From Octopus sinensis (lineage: Eukaryota), in contig NC_043017.1 in the NCBI RefSeq assembly GCF_006345805.1, forward strand, positions 29,016,001 through 29,080,000: a stretch of DNA of 64,000 bases, written 5' to 3'. Below the pieces are notes generated by a model that ran no database searches, was not told the origin of the DNA, and saw nothing but the letters and a program-made list of their open reading frames with translations. This document shows positions 50,429 through 62,818 of this stretch, one piece after another. Both the position numbers and the translations under genes were made by a program. How positions within the stretch are numbered: position 1 is the first letter of the stretch; each line of letters begins with the position of its first letter.

Positions 50429-53303
50429 TCATTTAAAATATTTTAAAGTCTTCAATTTAGCGTGGACACAAACTTGACCTAGTTCGATATGGTTATTCAA
50501 TAAGTTTCTATGTTTTCTATGCTTTAGAATTTCATACGTCTCCATGGAGCATAGTTGGCAACCAACCCTACTATTTTAATACGGAATTGCTCTCCTAACT
50601 ATTTCCCAATTAAGGTTATAATTATTATTATTATTTTTGAGTTCCCAGATTTTGTTTGAAAGTGTGGTGGTACCAGCTTTATGACGTAATTTAAAAGACG
50701 AGATGTGATTTCTAACTCTGGCTAGAAAATTAATTGTACATCCAATGTAAAAATATTTGTTATTCTCCGTGGATATGGTACATTTATAGATTACATTATT
50801 TTCCCCACATAGACCAGGTGCCGGGCATTTTGATTTTATTCTACACTTACACACAGGAGGAACAACTTCAGGTTTTGGATTATTCTTGGGTAGATGTCTT
50901 AGGTTCCTATTATTTTGATTATCATGAGTATAATTGTCCTTATTGTTATTAATATTTCTATAGTTGGTGCTGATATCTAAAGTATTGCTATTATTTATTG
51001 ATCCTTCTGTTTCATCATTTAGGTCTAAAGTCCTACCATGATTTCTTATATTATTGGTAATGTTACTATTATTGTTAGTCTTTTTATCCGACTGCATATT
51101 GTTGTTATAGATATCACTGATATTTTCATTCTCCTTATTTTCTCCATTAGCCTTATTTCTATTATTTCTATTATTAACATTATTACTTCTATTAATATCG
51201 GCATTGTTATTATTACTATTAATGTTAATGTTATTAGTCCTTCTGTGGTTACTAATTTCACCTATGTTTTGATAGTTACTATTGCTGTTTTTATTGTTGG
51301 TAGTATTATTATAATTGCTATTGGTATTCATGCTGATATTATTATTTTTATTTCTATCTTTCCTGGCTAGTTTAATGTTGTTATTATTAATCTTAGCTAT
51401 TAAAGTGGACATATTTGGGAGGGTTGAATAAGAAATCCTAACTGTTTTCCTAGAAATAATTCTATGATATCTATGAGAGATAGGGAAATTTTTTTCCAGA
51501 ATTACTTTGAATTTGTTCTGTATATCCGATTGTATCGCACAGTTGAAAGGAATATTCAGCCATAATATATCTTTTTTATTAAATTTAGGGTTCGTAGAAT
51601 TATTACTATTCATCTCACCGGAGTTATTGTATTTATTACCATTATTTTTATTTATATTTGTGTGCATCTTGGGTTTATCTACTTCGATATTATCCGAGTT
51701 ACCTATATTCTGGTCAATGCTTCTATTTGAATTGTTGGGCCTGTACGTTAGATTAGCGTTTACCGTTAATTTAATTCTACTTTTATTTCGGGCTTGGTCT
51801 GTATTGCTGCTTACGTGATTACTGATAACTTCTTTATTAGGGATACGTGAGTTCTCCCTATCAACGAATGTAATCTTTTGGTTGTATCCAGCCTTAGCTA
51901 ACGCCGCATTATAATGCTCAGAATGGGAGTTAAATATATCCTTATTGGATGATAATTTTGAAATTCTTAATGAAATATTTCTTACTAAAGATTCAATTAT
52001 ATTTGGGGGATGATTTGATAATTTATTTACGTAATTCGTGATTTCGCCTTCCTTTCTAAATGGGTAATGCAGCTTGGAGTTAAGGTCTAGCGTAATATCT
52101 AGGAAGTTAACTATTTTAGTGCCCGGTTCATACGTTATACTGAGGTTGAAATCCTTAAAGAACTTATTAATTTTCTTTCTAATCCTTTCTATAACAGATT
52201 TATTATTACTAGGGATAACAAACAGAGCATCATCCCTATATAGACCCCCCTGTATTTCTGGGATATCCTTGCTTATGCATTTTAATAGATATGCGCCTAC
52301 TAGGTTGGTTACCTCAGCCGAATCACTGGAACCCATTGGTATATCAACATAATTAGGTGTATCTGCTCTAGTCCATAATTTATCTTCAAATTCTATAAAT
52401 GTCTTCCTAGCTAGTAGCACAATATTGATTTCTTCTCTAGATATGAGGGAGCGATTCATGACAAATATTAGTGATTTGTTGAGTAAGATAGGGGAAATAC
52501 TAGAGTAATAACTATTAATATCGAACTGAATAAAGGACAGACTACTAGTATTAGTTAGAGAGTTAAACCATTTTAGAACTTCGTCTGTACTTAGCCATAG
52601 GTTTAAGGGGAGAAGAGGGGTTATTTGGGGTAGAACAGTATCCAGGATAGATTTACTAAGTCGGCCAATGTCCGACTTAGTTGGACACATCAGCCTTACC
52701 GAAGGGTTTTCCAAGAAATTCTTTTTGTGGTCTTTAAGGTTGATCCTGGGCTCACACGGTTTAAGTGGCTCCGTTCTATCCGTTAAATTTAGTTTCTCCA
52801 TGATCTCTTTCATTTCCAGGTTTACTTTTTTCAAATTGTTCTTAGTCGTAATTTTATATTTGGAGTTTAGTTCCTTCCTAATTAATTTGCTATAAATATC
52901 GTAATCAACTCTATACATATTACCCGTTTTATCTGCTGGTACTAGGATTCCATGTTTGCACCGGGTTGACTGAATAAAGTTCCTAAGGTGTCTAAGGTGA
53001 GGGTTATATCTTAACGGGTGTTCCTTGAAGCTAATATCACCTATAAGATTCAGCAAGTCTTTCTCAAAGTTCTCCAGGAATGGGTTCTGAGGTGGACTTT
53101 TTCTACTTTTAAAAAATTCTTCTAAAATTCTTTTCAGTATTCTTTTCCTGTGGTTTCTTCTTCTGTTTGACATCAAAATGGTACGTTTTCCACCTGATTC
53201 TTCTAATGAAATCGTTAATCCTATGAATGAGAAGCCAATTATATTCATCTATACTATGTAAGGGGATGTCTTTAGGGGAGAACTCAATGTTTACTTTTTC
53301 CAT
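50429..53303 (-). CDS. PLE reverse transcriptase / GIY-YIG endonuclease (reconstructed ~957 aa; one frameshift and one premature stop)
   Basis: MEKVNIEFSPKDIP start at 53303 (inferred). RT motifs FDINSYY, IPMGS and GLYRDD (52240). Then FLDITL, SNHPP, WLNIPF, CKCRIKSKCP, VIY..YIG, RVRNH. After TAA at 50576-50578 the frame continues CQLC..E..LLN..CVH to TGA at 50429-50431. Confidence 0.88.
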
Positions 53304-53475
53304 TCTTGTTGAGAAATTAAGTACCAGAAAAACATACAGACTGTATGGGAATATATTCAAAAAGCAATAAATTTCAAGTTAATTTAAATGAATTTACTTG
53401 AATATGGTACCTAACTTAGATGCACCAGAAAAAACTATACTGTTTTAACAATACAGTAATGTGGGGTGATTATAA

Positions 53476-53705
53476 GCGAGAAAGAAGCAACAAGAATGGA
53501 TAGGTTTTTAGTACAATCGTTTCATACAAGGACAGGCTTTATTAAATGTTGCAAAAATTACAGCATATAAACGTGTCCCGTACTCATCAGCTAAAATACA
53601 TGTGAGTTCTCTAGACATCCTAGTGGTTGAGGCTATACTCATGAAGTAATGTAGATAATTAAGTAACATAAACAGATTTCCAAAGTTCATTAAAGTTCTT
53701 TAAAG

Positions 53706-53713
<8 letters not shown>
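53476..53713 (-). repeat. 5' pseudo-LTR
   Basis: Direct repeat of 48846-49083, abutting (TA)n. Confidence 0.95.
53506..53596 (-). ncRNA. Type I hammerhead ribozyme, 5' pseudo-LTR
   Basis: As 48876-48966 but with core CTGATGA. Confidence 0.9.
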
Positions 53714-53754
<41 letters not shown>

Positions 53755-54169
53755 TTTGATAAAGATATAGATATAGATACATACATGCATACATATATAT
53801 ATATATATGTGTGTGTATGTGTGTGTGTGAGTGTGTATGAGGATAATTTCTGTTTTCAATCCTATATTTTTCGTATTGCAAATTCTCTTTGTTTGGACAA
53901 AATCACCAAATATTCAAGAAATATACTGTTATTCGTTGCAATTGATACTTTTATTAAAAGGCATTAATTTTTTTTTCTTCGTATAAGACAATATTTTTCT
54001 TCACAATGATATTACATGCATCGTTTTAGTATTTGAGAACTGCGGCCTTATTTCCTCGTATATTTCCACAACTACGCATAATTTGTTCCAGTTTCTAGAG
54101 TCCACACAGTTATAGCAATATCAATTATTTTGCAGTCTATTGTTTTCATTGTCTACTTCTTCGATATAT

Positions 54170-54206
54170 ATCATCATCAACTTCATCATCTTCGACGTTG
54201 TCATTA

Positions 54207-54258
<52 letters not shown>

Positions 54259-54551
54259 CATCATCATCATCATCATTATTATTATTTTATTATTATATTA
54301 TTATTATTATTAATATTATTATTATCGCCATTATTATATTATTATTATATATTATTATTATTATTATTATTATATTATTATTAATATATTATTATTATTA
54401 TATTATCATTATTATTATTATTTTTATATTATTATTATTATTGTTATTATTATTATTATTATTATCGTTATTATTATTATCATTATTATTATTATTATCA
54501 TTATTTTTATTATTATCATTATTATTATTATTATTATTATCATCATCATCA

Positions 54552-54610
<59 letters not shown>

Positions 54611-54723
54611 TATTATTATCGCCATTATTATTATTATTATTAATATTATTATTATTATTATTGTTATTATTATTATTATTATTTATTATTATTATTATTA
54701 TCGTTATTATTATTATCATTATT

Positions 54724-54754
<31 letters not shown>

Positions 54755-54802
54755 TCATTATTATTATTATTATTATTATCATCATCATCATTATATTATT
54801 AC

Positions 54803-54846
<44 letters not shown>

Positions 54847-54863
54847 TTATTATTTTTATATTA

Positions 54864-54894
<31 letters not shown>

Positions 54895-55020
54895 TATTAT
54901 CATTATCATTATTATTACTATTATTACTACTACTACTATACTACTACTACTATACTACTACTACTACTACTATTATTATTATTATTATTATTATTATTAT
55001 CATTATTATTATTATTATTA
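54170..55020. repeat. (ATT)n/(ATC)n/(ACT)n array, ~850 bp
   Basis: Directly visible. It explains the poly-L, poly-I and poly-Y ORFs. Confidence 0.95.
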
Positions 55021-55929
55021 CAAATATTTTTTTCCTTTACATTTGCTCCCTTGTTTGAAATAGCTTTATACCAATAATATTTTGTCCTAAATTTACGATA
55101 CACTTTAGACCTTTTTTCCTTTCCATAACACATCAAATATTATTGTAGCAATAAAACTTTCCGTCTACTGTGAGACAGTTTTACCTCTGAGTTATGGGTT
55201 TTATTCGATACTAAAGCTTCATAATCATGGCAGACCGTCACCAATTTGCTTCTTCGTTTCCAACTCTGTATGATATTACGCAAAGTTTGAAAACGCTATA
55301 TATAATTTATGGAAAGAAAAGTAATGGAATTGTGTGAATATACTGCTTGTATGAAACGTATAAATAAATATTCATTAATTTTAGAACGCGGTTGATGTGA
55401 GCATATATTCTATAGCCCGATATTTACATCATGTTGATAATTCAACGAAAGTGAGCGGTTGTGTGATTATACAAATTGTTTCCAAACTGTCTTCTGCAAA
55501 TAATGTTAGTAGCATTATAATAACCGGAATAAACAGTTTGGTTTCGATCCGAAGGAAATTCATTCTAAAAGCGTGATGAAAATAACTTTGTCTTTCATTG
55601 ATCATCATTTTAATGTTGTGGTTAGAGTAAGTTATAATACATATATTCACTTTAATGACCCCGTTTCAAACACGAATGTCGATTGCTTTATAGTTGTATT
55701 TGCATGTGGCGTTGTATGTAAAGCTATTCACGCACAGACAAACACACACAAGAGCAGAAACAAATGCGCTCGTACGCTAACACACAAATGCACAAATGTA
55801 AGTATTACTGCGATTGTGGATGTAAAAATACGTGTTTGAAACTGTGTGTATGTGTATCAATGAATGCAAGTTTGTGTGCATATAATTTTACTTTTGATTA
55901 TGCGCGTATACATACACGCTGATAGAACG

Positions 55930-55986
55930 ATAGATAGATAGATAGATATATGGATAAATAGATAGATAGACAGATAGATAGAAAGG

Positions 55987-56063
<77 letters not shown>

Positions 56064-56068
56064 CGATC

Positions 56069-56158
<90 letters not shown>
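55930..56158. repeat. (GATA)n array
   Basis: Directly visible. Confidence 0.95.
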
Positions 56159-56159
<1 letters not shown>

Positions 56160-56164
56160 CCTTC

Positions 56165-56503
56165 TGAGATCCACTTCGGTCACGACACAGACCATGGGAT
56201 TGCACCTAGAAAGTTACCCTCCCAGGCACAAGTCCGGGCAAAGTTGGTTATGGAAGACCAGCAGTCGCCCATGCATACTGGCCTCCCCTATCCACGCCAC
56301 CAGTGTTATCCAGGGGAAAGGCAAAGGGGCCGATACAGCTTGGCACCTGTGACCTTTGCAGCTCATTTCTACAGCTGAGTGAACGGGAGCAATGTGAAAA
56401 TAAGTGTCATGCATAAGAACACAACACGCAGCTCAGTTCGGGATTCGAGCTCGCAACCTCACGATCGTAAGCTCGACGCTCTACCACTGAGCCATAGGCC
56501 TTC
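56165..56503 (-). mobile_element. SINE family D
   Basis: Matches 46788-47098. Confidence 0.8.
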
Positions 56504-56616
56504 ATATACATATATATGTGTGTGTGTGTCTGTGTGTGTGTATGAGAAGGGATTACACGATGTTCTTATGAACTTCGTTAGCTTACAGTTGTTATATATA
56601 TATATATATATATATA

Positions 56617-56662
<46 letters not shown>

Positions 56663-56673
56663 ATATATATATA

Positions 56674-57052
56674 CTAGCAGTATCGTCCGGCGTTGCTCGG
56701 GTTTGTAAGGGAAATAACTATATAAGCATTTTTAGAGATGTAAAGTATAATAGCTATCTCCATATGGCTAACCACAAAGGGGGGTGTTGCTGTAGCTTTT
56801 TACGTTCTGAGATTTACTAATACATTTTTAGAGAGTTACTTCCCTTATATAATAGCAAAAAATTGCATTAAAATGGGAAAAAATTATGTTAATTTTTTTT
56901 TTAAATCGTAGACTCATCGTAGACGCGCGCTAATACCCAGGAGGGCTCGATATGAATCACGCTTTTGGTTACACTGCACCGCAAAATGTGGGAGTAGTTA
57001 GGAATCTAAATCGTAGGAGACAGACACACAAATTCACTTTTATATGTAAAGA
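56674..57052 (-). mobile_element. Helitron-like family H
   Basis: CTAG...GA, with A/T target dinucleotide. Confidence 0.8.
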
Positions 57053-57984
57053 TATATATATATATATATATATAATACAAAGACACATTTATATAAATGT
57101 TTTTGTTCGTTTACGCCTATGTTTATTAAGAACAACATACTCAGTACATGTCTAGTTTTTCTGCTCAACATGTATTGAGTACATTAGTGTGATTAATTTC
57201 ATGCTACTTTATGTTTTCAAATGACAGCTCTTTTTCAATAGTGGTCTCCATTCCTGGTTGTTTTTCATATATGAACGCGACAAACCAGCTGAGTACTTCA
57301 ACATCTTGTTCTCCTTGCAACTAACTATAGTCAATAATACAACAACGGAAAGTCTGAGTGCTACATGAAATAGCATTGATGGCAAATGAAAGTAAGCTGT
57401 TACTTTTCATTGGGGTTTTGCAAAGGAACTGAAATTTGTCTCCATGATATCTATGGTGGAGCCACGAAATCATTACTGGTTAGTCTAAATACTTAAGAAA
57501 ATTCACTGAGCCATCTGTATAGTTATTAGTGTTTGTGTCTTCAGTCTTGCTACCATAATCCATCTTTGGGGCCGAAAAGGATATTTTCCACTCGCATCCA
57601 ACTTCGAGTGAGCTCAAAGGACAAACACATTTACAAAATACCCAAGACTTCGACAACACAAAAGGAAATGTTTAAATATTTAGGCGGAGTGAATGCACAA
57701 TGGTTCGAAGAAAACCTTTGGCGGCCCTGACTTAAACATTTCGGAGCAATCAGTAAAAAGTGCTCGCAGATGGGATTATTTTCCGTTCACTTCAACTATG
57801 CCATGTCAGCGACCCCAAAAAAGAACAAAGGTTGATATGATATCGACTTTTGTTCATGAAAGTAATGGAGTCACGCTGTTGACAGTTAACGTGCTCTATC
57901 GTTAGATAGCAATGTGGTCTAACATTTATTTCTAACAATATAGGCACTTGAGTTTACACATACACACGTGTGTGTGGAAACACA

Positions 57985-58266
57985 ATGGGTTAGTGTTTAT
58001 GGCAGCGGACTCGCGATTTCGATTCCCAGACCGGGCGTTGTTAGTGTTTATTGAGTGGTGAAAACATCTAAAATTCTACGAGGCTCCAGCAATGGGTGGT
58101 GGCGATCCCTGCTGTACTCTTTCGCCACAACTTTCTCTCACTCTTTCTTCTGTTGGCCTGCTCACGTAGCCAGAGGGGTGGCGTCATCTGAAGGCTAAAA
58201 CAATGGGAAGTGCATTGTGACCAGCGATGTGTAACTACACCTGATAGCCTGGTCTGGCAGGTGATT

Positions 58267-58272
<6 letters not shown>
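57985..58272 (+). mobile_element. SINE family C, tail type 3, ending in (TA)n
   Basis: Family C body fused to the ggggtggcgtcatctgaaggc...acgtgat tail. Confidence 0.8.
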
Positions 58273-58302
<30 letters not shown>

Positions 58303-58569
58303 CAACTAATAAGGGTGAGAAAATTGGATACTAATTTAATAGTACATCCATTAAACACCAAGTGGCTTAGTTCATCAAGACCAGGAATACAATACATTTT
58401 ATACGTAAATATAAGAGAGTTACCACCATGTCGACCGGATCTATTTTTAGTGCTAGAGTCGACCACATAGTGGTTACTCTCTTATATTTACGTGTGTATA
58501 TATATATATATATATAATATATATATATATTATATATTATATATATAATATATATATATATATACGGAA

Positions 58570-58956
58570 TGTGGAAGCACTCCGTCGGTTACGACGATGA
58601 GGGTTCCGGTTGATCCGAATCAACGGAACAGCCTGCTCGTGAAATTAACGTGTAAGTGGCTGAGCACTCCACAGACACGTGCACCCTTAACGTAGTTGTC
58701 GGGGGATATTCAGCGTGACACAGAGAGTGACAAGGCCGGCCCCTTGAAATACAGGTACAACAGAAACAGGAAGTAAGAGTGAGAGAAAGTTGTGGTGAAA
58801 GAGTACAGCAGGGATCACCACTATCCCCTGCCGGAGCCTCGAGGAGCTTTTGGGTGTTTTCGCTCAATAAACACTCACAACGCCCGGTCTGGGAATCGAA
58901 ACCGCGATCCTATGACCGCGAGTCCGCTGCCCTAACCACTGGGCCATTGCGCCTCC
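58570..58956 (-). mobile_element. SINE family C, tail type 1
   Basis: Reverse complement of 7296-7680. Confidence 0.9.
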
Positions 58957-59091
58957 ACATATATATATATATATATATATATACAGACACACACACGCAC
59001 ACACACACACAGAGTCGCACATAGAATATAATATACTCTGGACGTGTGCCAAACATTGAAACCATTTTAATAAAATAATATATTACATTAT

Positions 59092-59300
59092 ATGGCCTAG
59101 TGGTTAGGGCAGCGGACTTGCGGTCGGAGGATCGCGGTTTCGATTCCCAGACCGGGCGTTGTGTGTGTTTATTGAGCGAAAAAAACACCTAAAAGCTCCA
59201 CGAGGCTCCGGCAGGAGGTGGTGATCCCTGCTGTACTCTTTCACCACTCTAAAAGGCGGTGCTCCAGCATGGCCGCAGTCAAATGACTGAAACAAGTAAA
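59092..59300 (+). mobile_element. Chimera: SINE C 5' part fused to the SINE A 3' tail
   Basis: ...ctgtactctttcaccactct|aaaaggcggtgctccagcatggccgcagtcaaatgactgaaacaagt(a)n. Confidence 0.75.
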
Positions 59301-59948
59301 AAAAAAAAAAAAAAAAAAAAATTATAATTACATTATGTGCGTGCGCGCTTTCTACGTTTGTCTCCTTCGCACCTGCTGTAACAGCAACTTTATGCCTGAA
59401 TCTAATTTCGTTTTGCTCTCTCCTTCTCCTCCTTTACATTTCGCGTACATTCGTCTCTATTTTTTGTGACCCAATTTTTTTTATCAAGATGTCAATTGTG
59501 CATTAGTGTTGTTTTTCAACTTATCATCACTTTTCCTTTTACTTCTCTCTCCGCCCCCCCCCCTTTCTCTCTTCCCAGTCTTTTTGCTCTCCTTTCTCCC
59601 CCCCCCACCTCGAATTCATGTCGTTTCTACTCCATTATAGCAAACTTATTTTATTATTATTATTTATTTAAATGGCTTTCCTAATGCTCATTTGTTCTTG
59701 TATCAAGATTTTGTTTTTAGTTTACATGACTTACTTTCTTAAACTTTTGATTTTAAAAAAGGACTTTTTTCCTTCGTTGAAAATGTTATTCCTGTCTCTA
59801 TGGACAGACGCAACTTATGCCGTTCCATTTCTAATTCGATTTCTGTTCGTCTTACTTCAGTATATTCTTTTATTCACTGCAGTCGTTTTTGTCCAACAGA
59901 TTCGAGAATATATCAGTCAAAATAACTAAGTATTTATTTTATTATTCA

Positions 59949-60346
59949 CTAGCAGTATCGACCGGCGTTGCTCGGGTTTGTAAGGGAAATAACTATATAA
60001 GCATTTTTAGAGATGTAAAGTATAATAGCCATCTCAATATGGCTAACCACAAAGAGGGGGTGTTACTGTTGCTTTTTACTTTCTGAGATTTAATAATAAT
60101 TTTTAGAGAGTTACTTACTTATATATATATGCCAAAAATGCATTAAAATGGGAAAAATTGATGGTAAATATTTTTTTAAAATCGTAGACTCATCGTAAAC
60201 GCGCGCTAATACCCAGAAGGGCTCGATATGAATCACGACTATAAGATACCCGGTTTTGGTTAAATTGCACCGCAAAATGTGGGAGTAGTTAGGAATCTAA
60301 ATCGTAGGAGACAGACAGCACACAACCTCACTTTTATATATAAAGA
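59949..60346 (-). mobile_element. Helitron-like family H
   Basis: Full match. Confidence 0.8.
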
Positions 60347-60499
60347 TTTATTACTTTGGCATTTATAAACCATCATCTCTGCCAGCGCCACCTTTGCATC
60401 ATTAACGGAAATTTCCTTGTAACCCTAAGAATGTATTCATATACATAAATAAAAATCATCTATGGCGATTGAGTCATATGGGACTGAGTTACACCTTTT

Positions 60500-60893
60500 T
60501 TTTTACTTGTTTCAGTCATTTGACTGCGGCCATGCTGGAGCACCGCCTTTAGTCGAGCAAATCAACCCCGGGGACTTATTTTTGTAAGCCCAGTACTTAT
60601 TCTATCGCTCTAATTTTGCCGAACCGATAGGTGACGGGGACGTAAACACAACAGCATCGGTTGTCAAGCAATGCTAGAGGAAGAAACACAGACACACAAA
60701 CATACACACAAATACATATATATACATATATACGACGGGCTTCTTTCAGTTTCTGTCTACCAAATCCACTCACAAGGCATTGGTCGGCCCGGGGCTATAG
60801 CAAAAGACACTTGCCTAAGATGCCTCACAGTGGGACTGAACCCGGAACCATGTGGCTGGTTAGCCACTTACTTACCACGCAGCCACTCCTGCC
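60500..60893 (-). mobile_element. SINE family A
   Basis: Full match. Confidence 0.85.
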
Positions 60894-60976
60894 ACATAAT
60901 TATTTTTAAGTATTTATTTTATTTCGTTTTTGTATTTGGTTTGCAAGATTCTTTATATGTGTTCGTGCTTTGAAGC

Positions 60977-61216
60977 ATATTCTGTTGTGTCTGGGGAGAG
61001 TCATTCTCTTTTAGTGCCTTATCATTTAACACAATCAACGGTAAAATTTCCACTTATTTCTTATTTTTATTTTCTAAGTTCTTCGTTGCGTCTTGAAAAC
61101 TTTTCAATAGTCAAGACGCAACGAAAATTTTAGAAAATAAGTGGAAATTATACCGGTGAGTGTGTTAAATAATAAGGCACTAAAATGAATGACTCTCCCC
61201 AGACACAAAACAGTAT
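60977..61216. mobile_element. Palindromic MITE / fold-back (~240 bp)
   Basis: tgtgtctggggagagtcatt...aatgactctccccagacaca, with inner ttcgttgcgtcttga/tcaagacgcaacgaa arms. Confidence 0.75.
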
Positions 61217-61715
61217 TTATTTTATTAATCATTTATTACTTTGGCATTTATAAACCATCATTTATGCCAACACCTACCTTTCCATCATTAACGGAAAACT
61301 CCTAGTAACTCTAAGTATGTATTCATATACGTAAAATGATCTATGGCGAGTGAGTCATATGATACACTGAGTTAAATCTGCTACAAAATTTTCCCATGGT
61401 AGTGAATGCTCTATTTTGCGTATTAGTATATGTGTATGCTTAAAAACACTTTCAGAAAAGCTGTACGAGAAAGTATTCGTGAATTAAAATTATAGTATAT
61501 CATAAAGTTCTAGGCGTGTCATTTTGTTAAATACTCTTAATCATGCTGGTAGAATTAGATATCTAGTTAGAGTCACATGTTTCCTCGTCCTTTTGCCAGA
61601 ACAATATTGATCTTATAAATATCATCAGTGTTTGAAGACTCATAATTCAGAGATTAATCACTTCCCTGCAACGAACAACAAATCATTTATATGCATTCAT
61701 TCTATAAACAAACTA

Positions 61716-61763
<48 letters not shown>

Positions 61764-61764
61764 T

Positions 61765-61796
<32 letters not shown>

Positions 61797-61899
61797 CTTA
61801 TACATATATACTTATTATATATGTATAGGTATATATAACAAAGATGCACACCCACACACACACAACACATACATATAATTTGTTTGCTATTCCAGAACC

Positions 61900-61964
<65 letters not shown>

Positions 61965-62218
61965 GTTATTTAAATAACATCATATATAAATTACCAGAAG
62001 ATCTACAGAAGACAACCTAGAATTTGACTCCGTTGTAGGATGTCGCTACACGATGGAGTATATTATGATTATCTTCTGCAATATATGATATATATGTACA
62101 AATAACCATACGTACATACATCACTCTTTCTCTCTCTCTCTCTTTCTCTCTCTCTATGTACGTATATATATGCTCGCTTAGGCAGTGATATATATACATA
62201 TATATATATATATACGTG

Positions 62219-62253
<35 letters not shown>

Positions 62254-62684
62254 AGTGGAGGCGCATCTAACCATAATCAACCTATTTGTCTATGTATATT
62301 TTATATCCTTGTATTGGTGACAACTGTGCTATAGTTACTGTTGAAACTGCAGCACGGAAGCCAATAAGTATTCCATGTTAAAACGATTTATTCTTTGGTT
62401 TGGTACCAAAATAAAAAAAAACTTTAAACGTCAAATGCAAGCTTCGAACAACTCGTCGCCACTTTTATATCCTTGTTTTGGGTATATAATATAACGAAGA
62501 AGAGGGAAGAAAGTGTATACACGACGTACTAATATTAATATTACACGAGAGACCACGCTTTATATCAAAAGCTCACAGTGAACTGTTCCCAACACGAACT
62601 GCCTATCTCCTTAACTTCTTGGAGATTTTAGGTATAAGTATACTAATGCTTCAATCTATTCTAATTTAACTAAATTCTATGTCT

Positions 62685-62778
62685 TTGTGCAGCTGAAGAT
62701 TGCTCTCACATTTTAAATTCATGTTATGATTACATTGTTCAATTAAATGGAGTTGCATGAAACGATCGTACTGCATAA
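62685..62778 (+). ncRNA. Type I hammerhead ribozyme (solo pseudo-LTR-like)
   Basis: TTGTGCAG-CTGAAGA-TTGC...GGAGTTGCAT-GAAA-CGATCG-TA-CTGCATAA. Stem I is 8 bp (one G-U) and stem II is partly decayed. Confidence 0.75.
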
Positions 62779-62818
62779 CCTCTGGATATCCTTGTTGCTT
62801 ATTTTGATATAAATATAT

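Larger units (their letters stand above)
48846..53713 (-). mobile_element. Near-full-length Penelope-like retroelement (C-terminal GIY-YIG, CxC linker) in (TA)n
   Basis: 238-bp direct repeats at 48846-49083 and 53476-53713, an RT/EN ORF, and (TA)n on both flanks. Confidence 0.93.

Noticed and set aside
50734-52895. Plus-strand ORFs overlapping the PLE
   Set aside because: They are antisense shadows of the Asn-rich and RT coding sequence, with no independent motifs.
54130-56205. Poly-L/I/Y ORFs and the IYLSIYLS ORFs
   Set aside because: They derive from (ATT)n and (GATA)n arrays.
57690-57760. WFEEN..PDLNI, a Tc1-like snippet
   Set aside because: Too short and degenerate to support a call.
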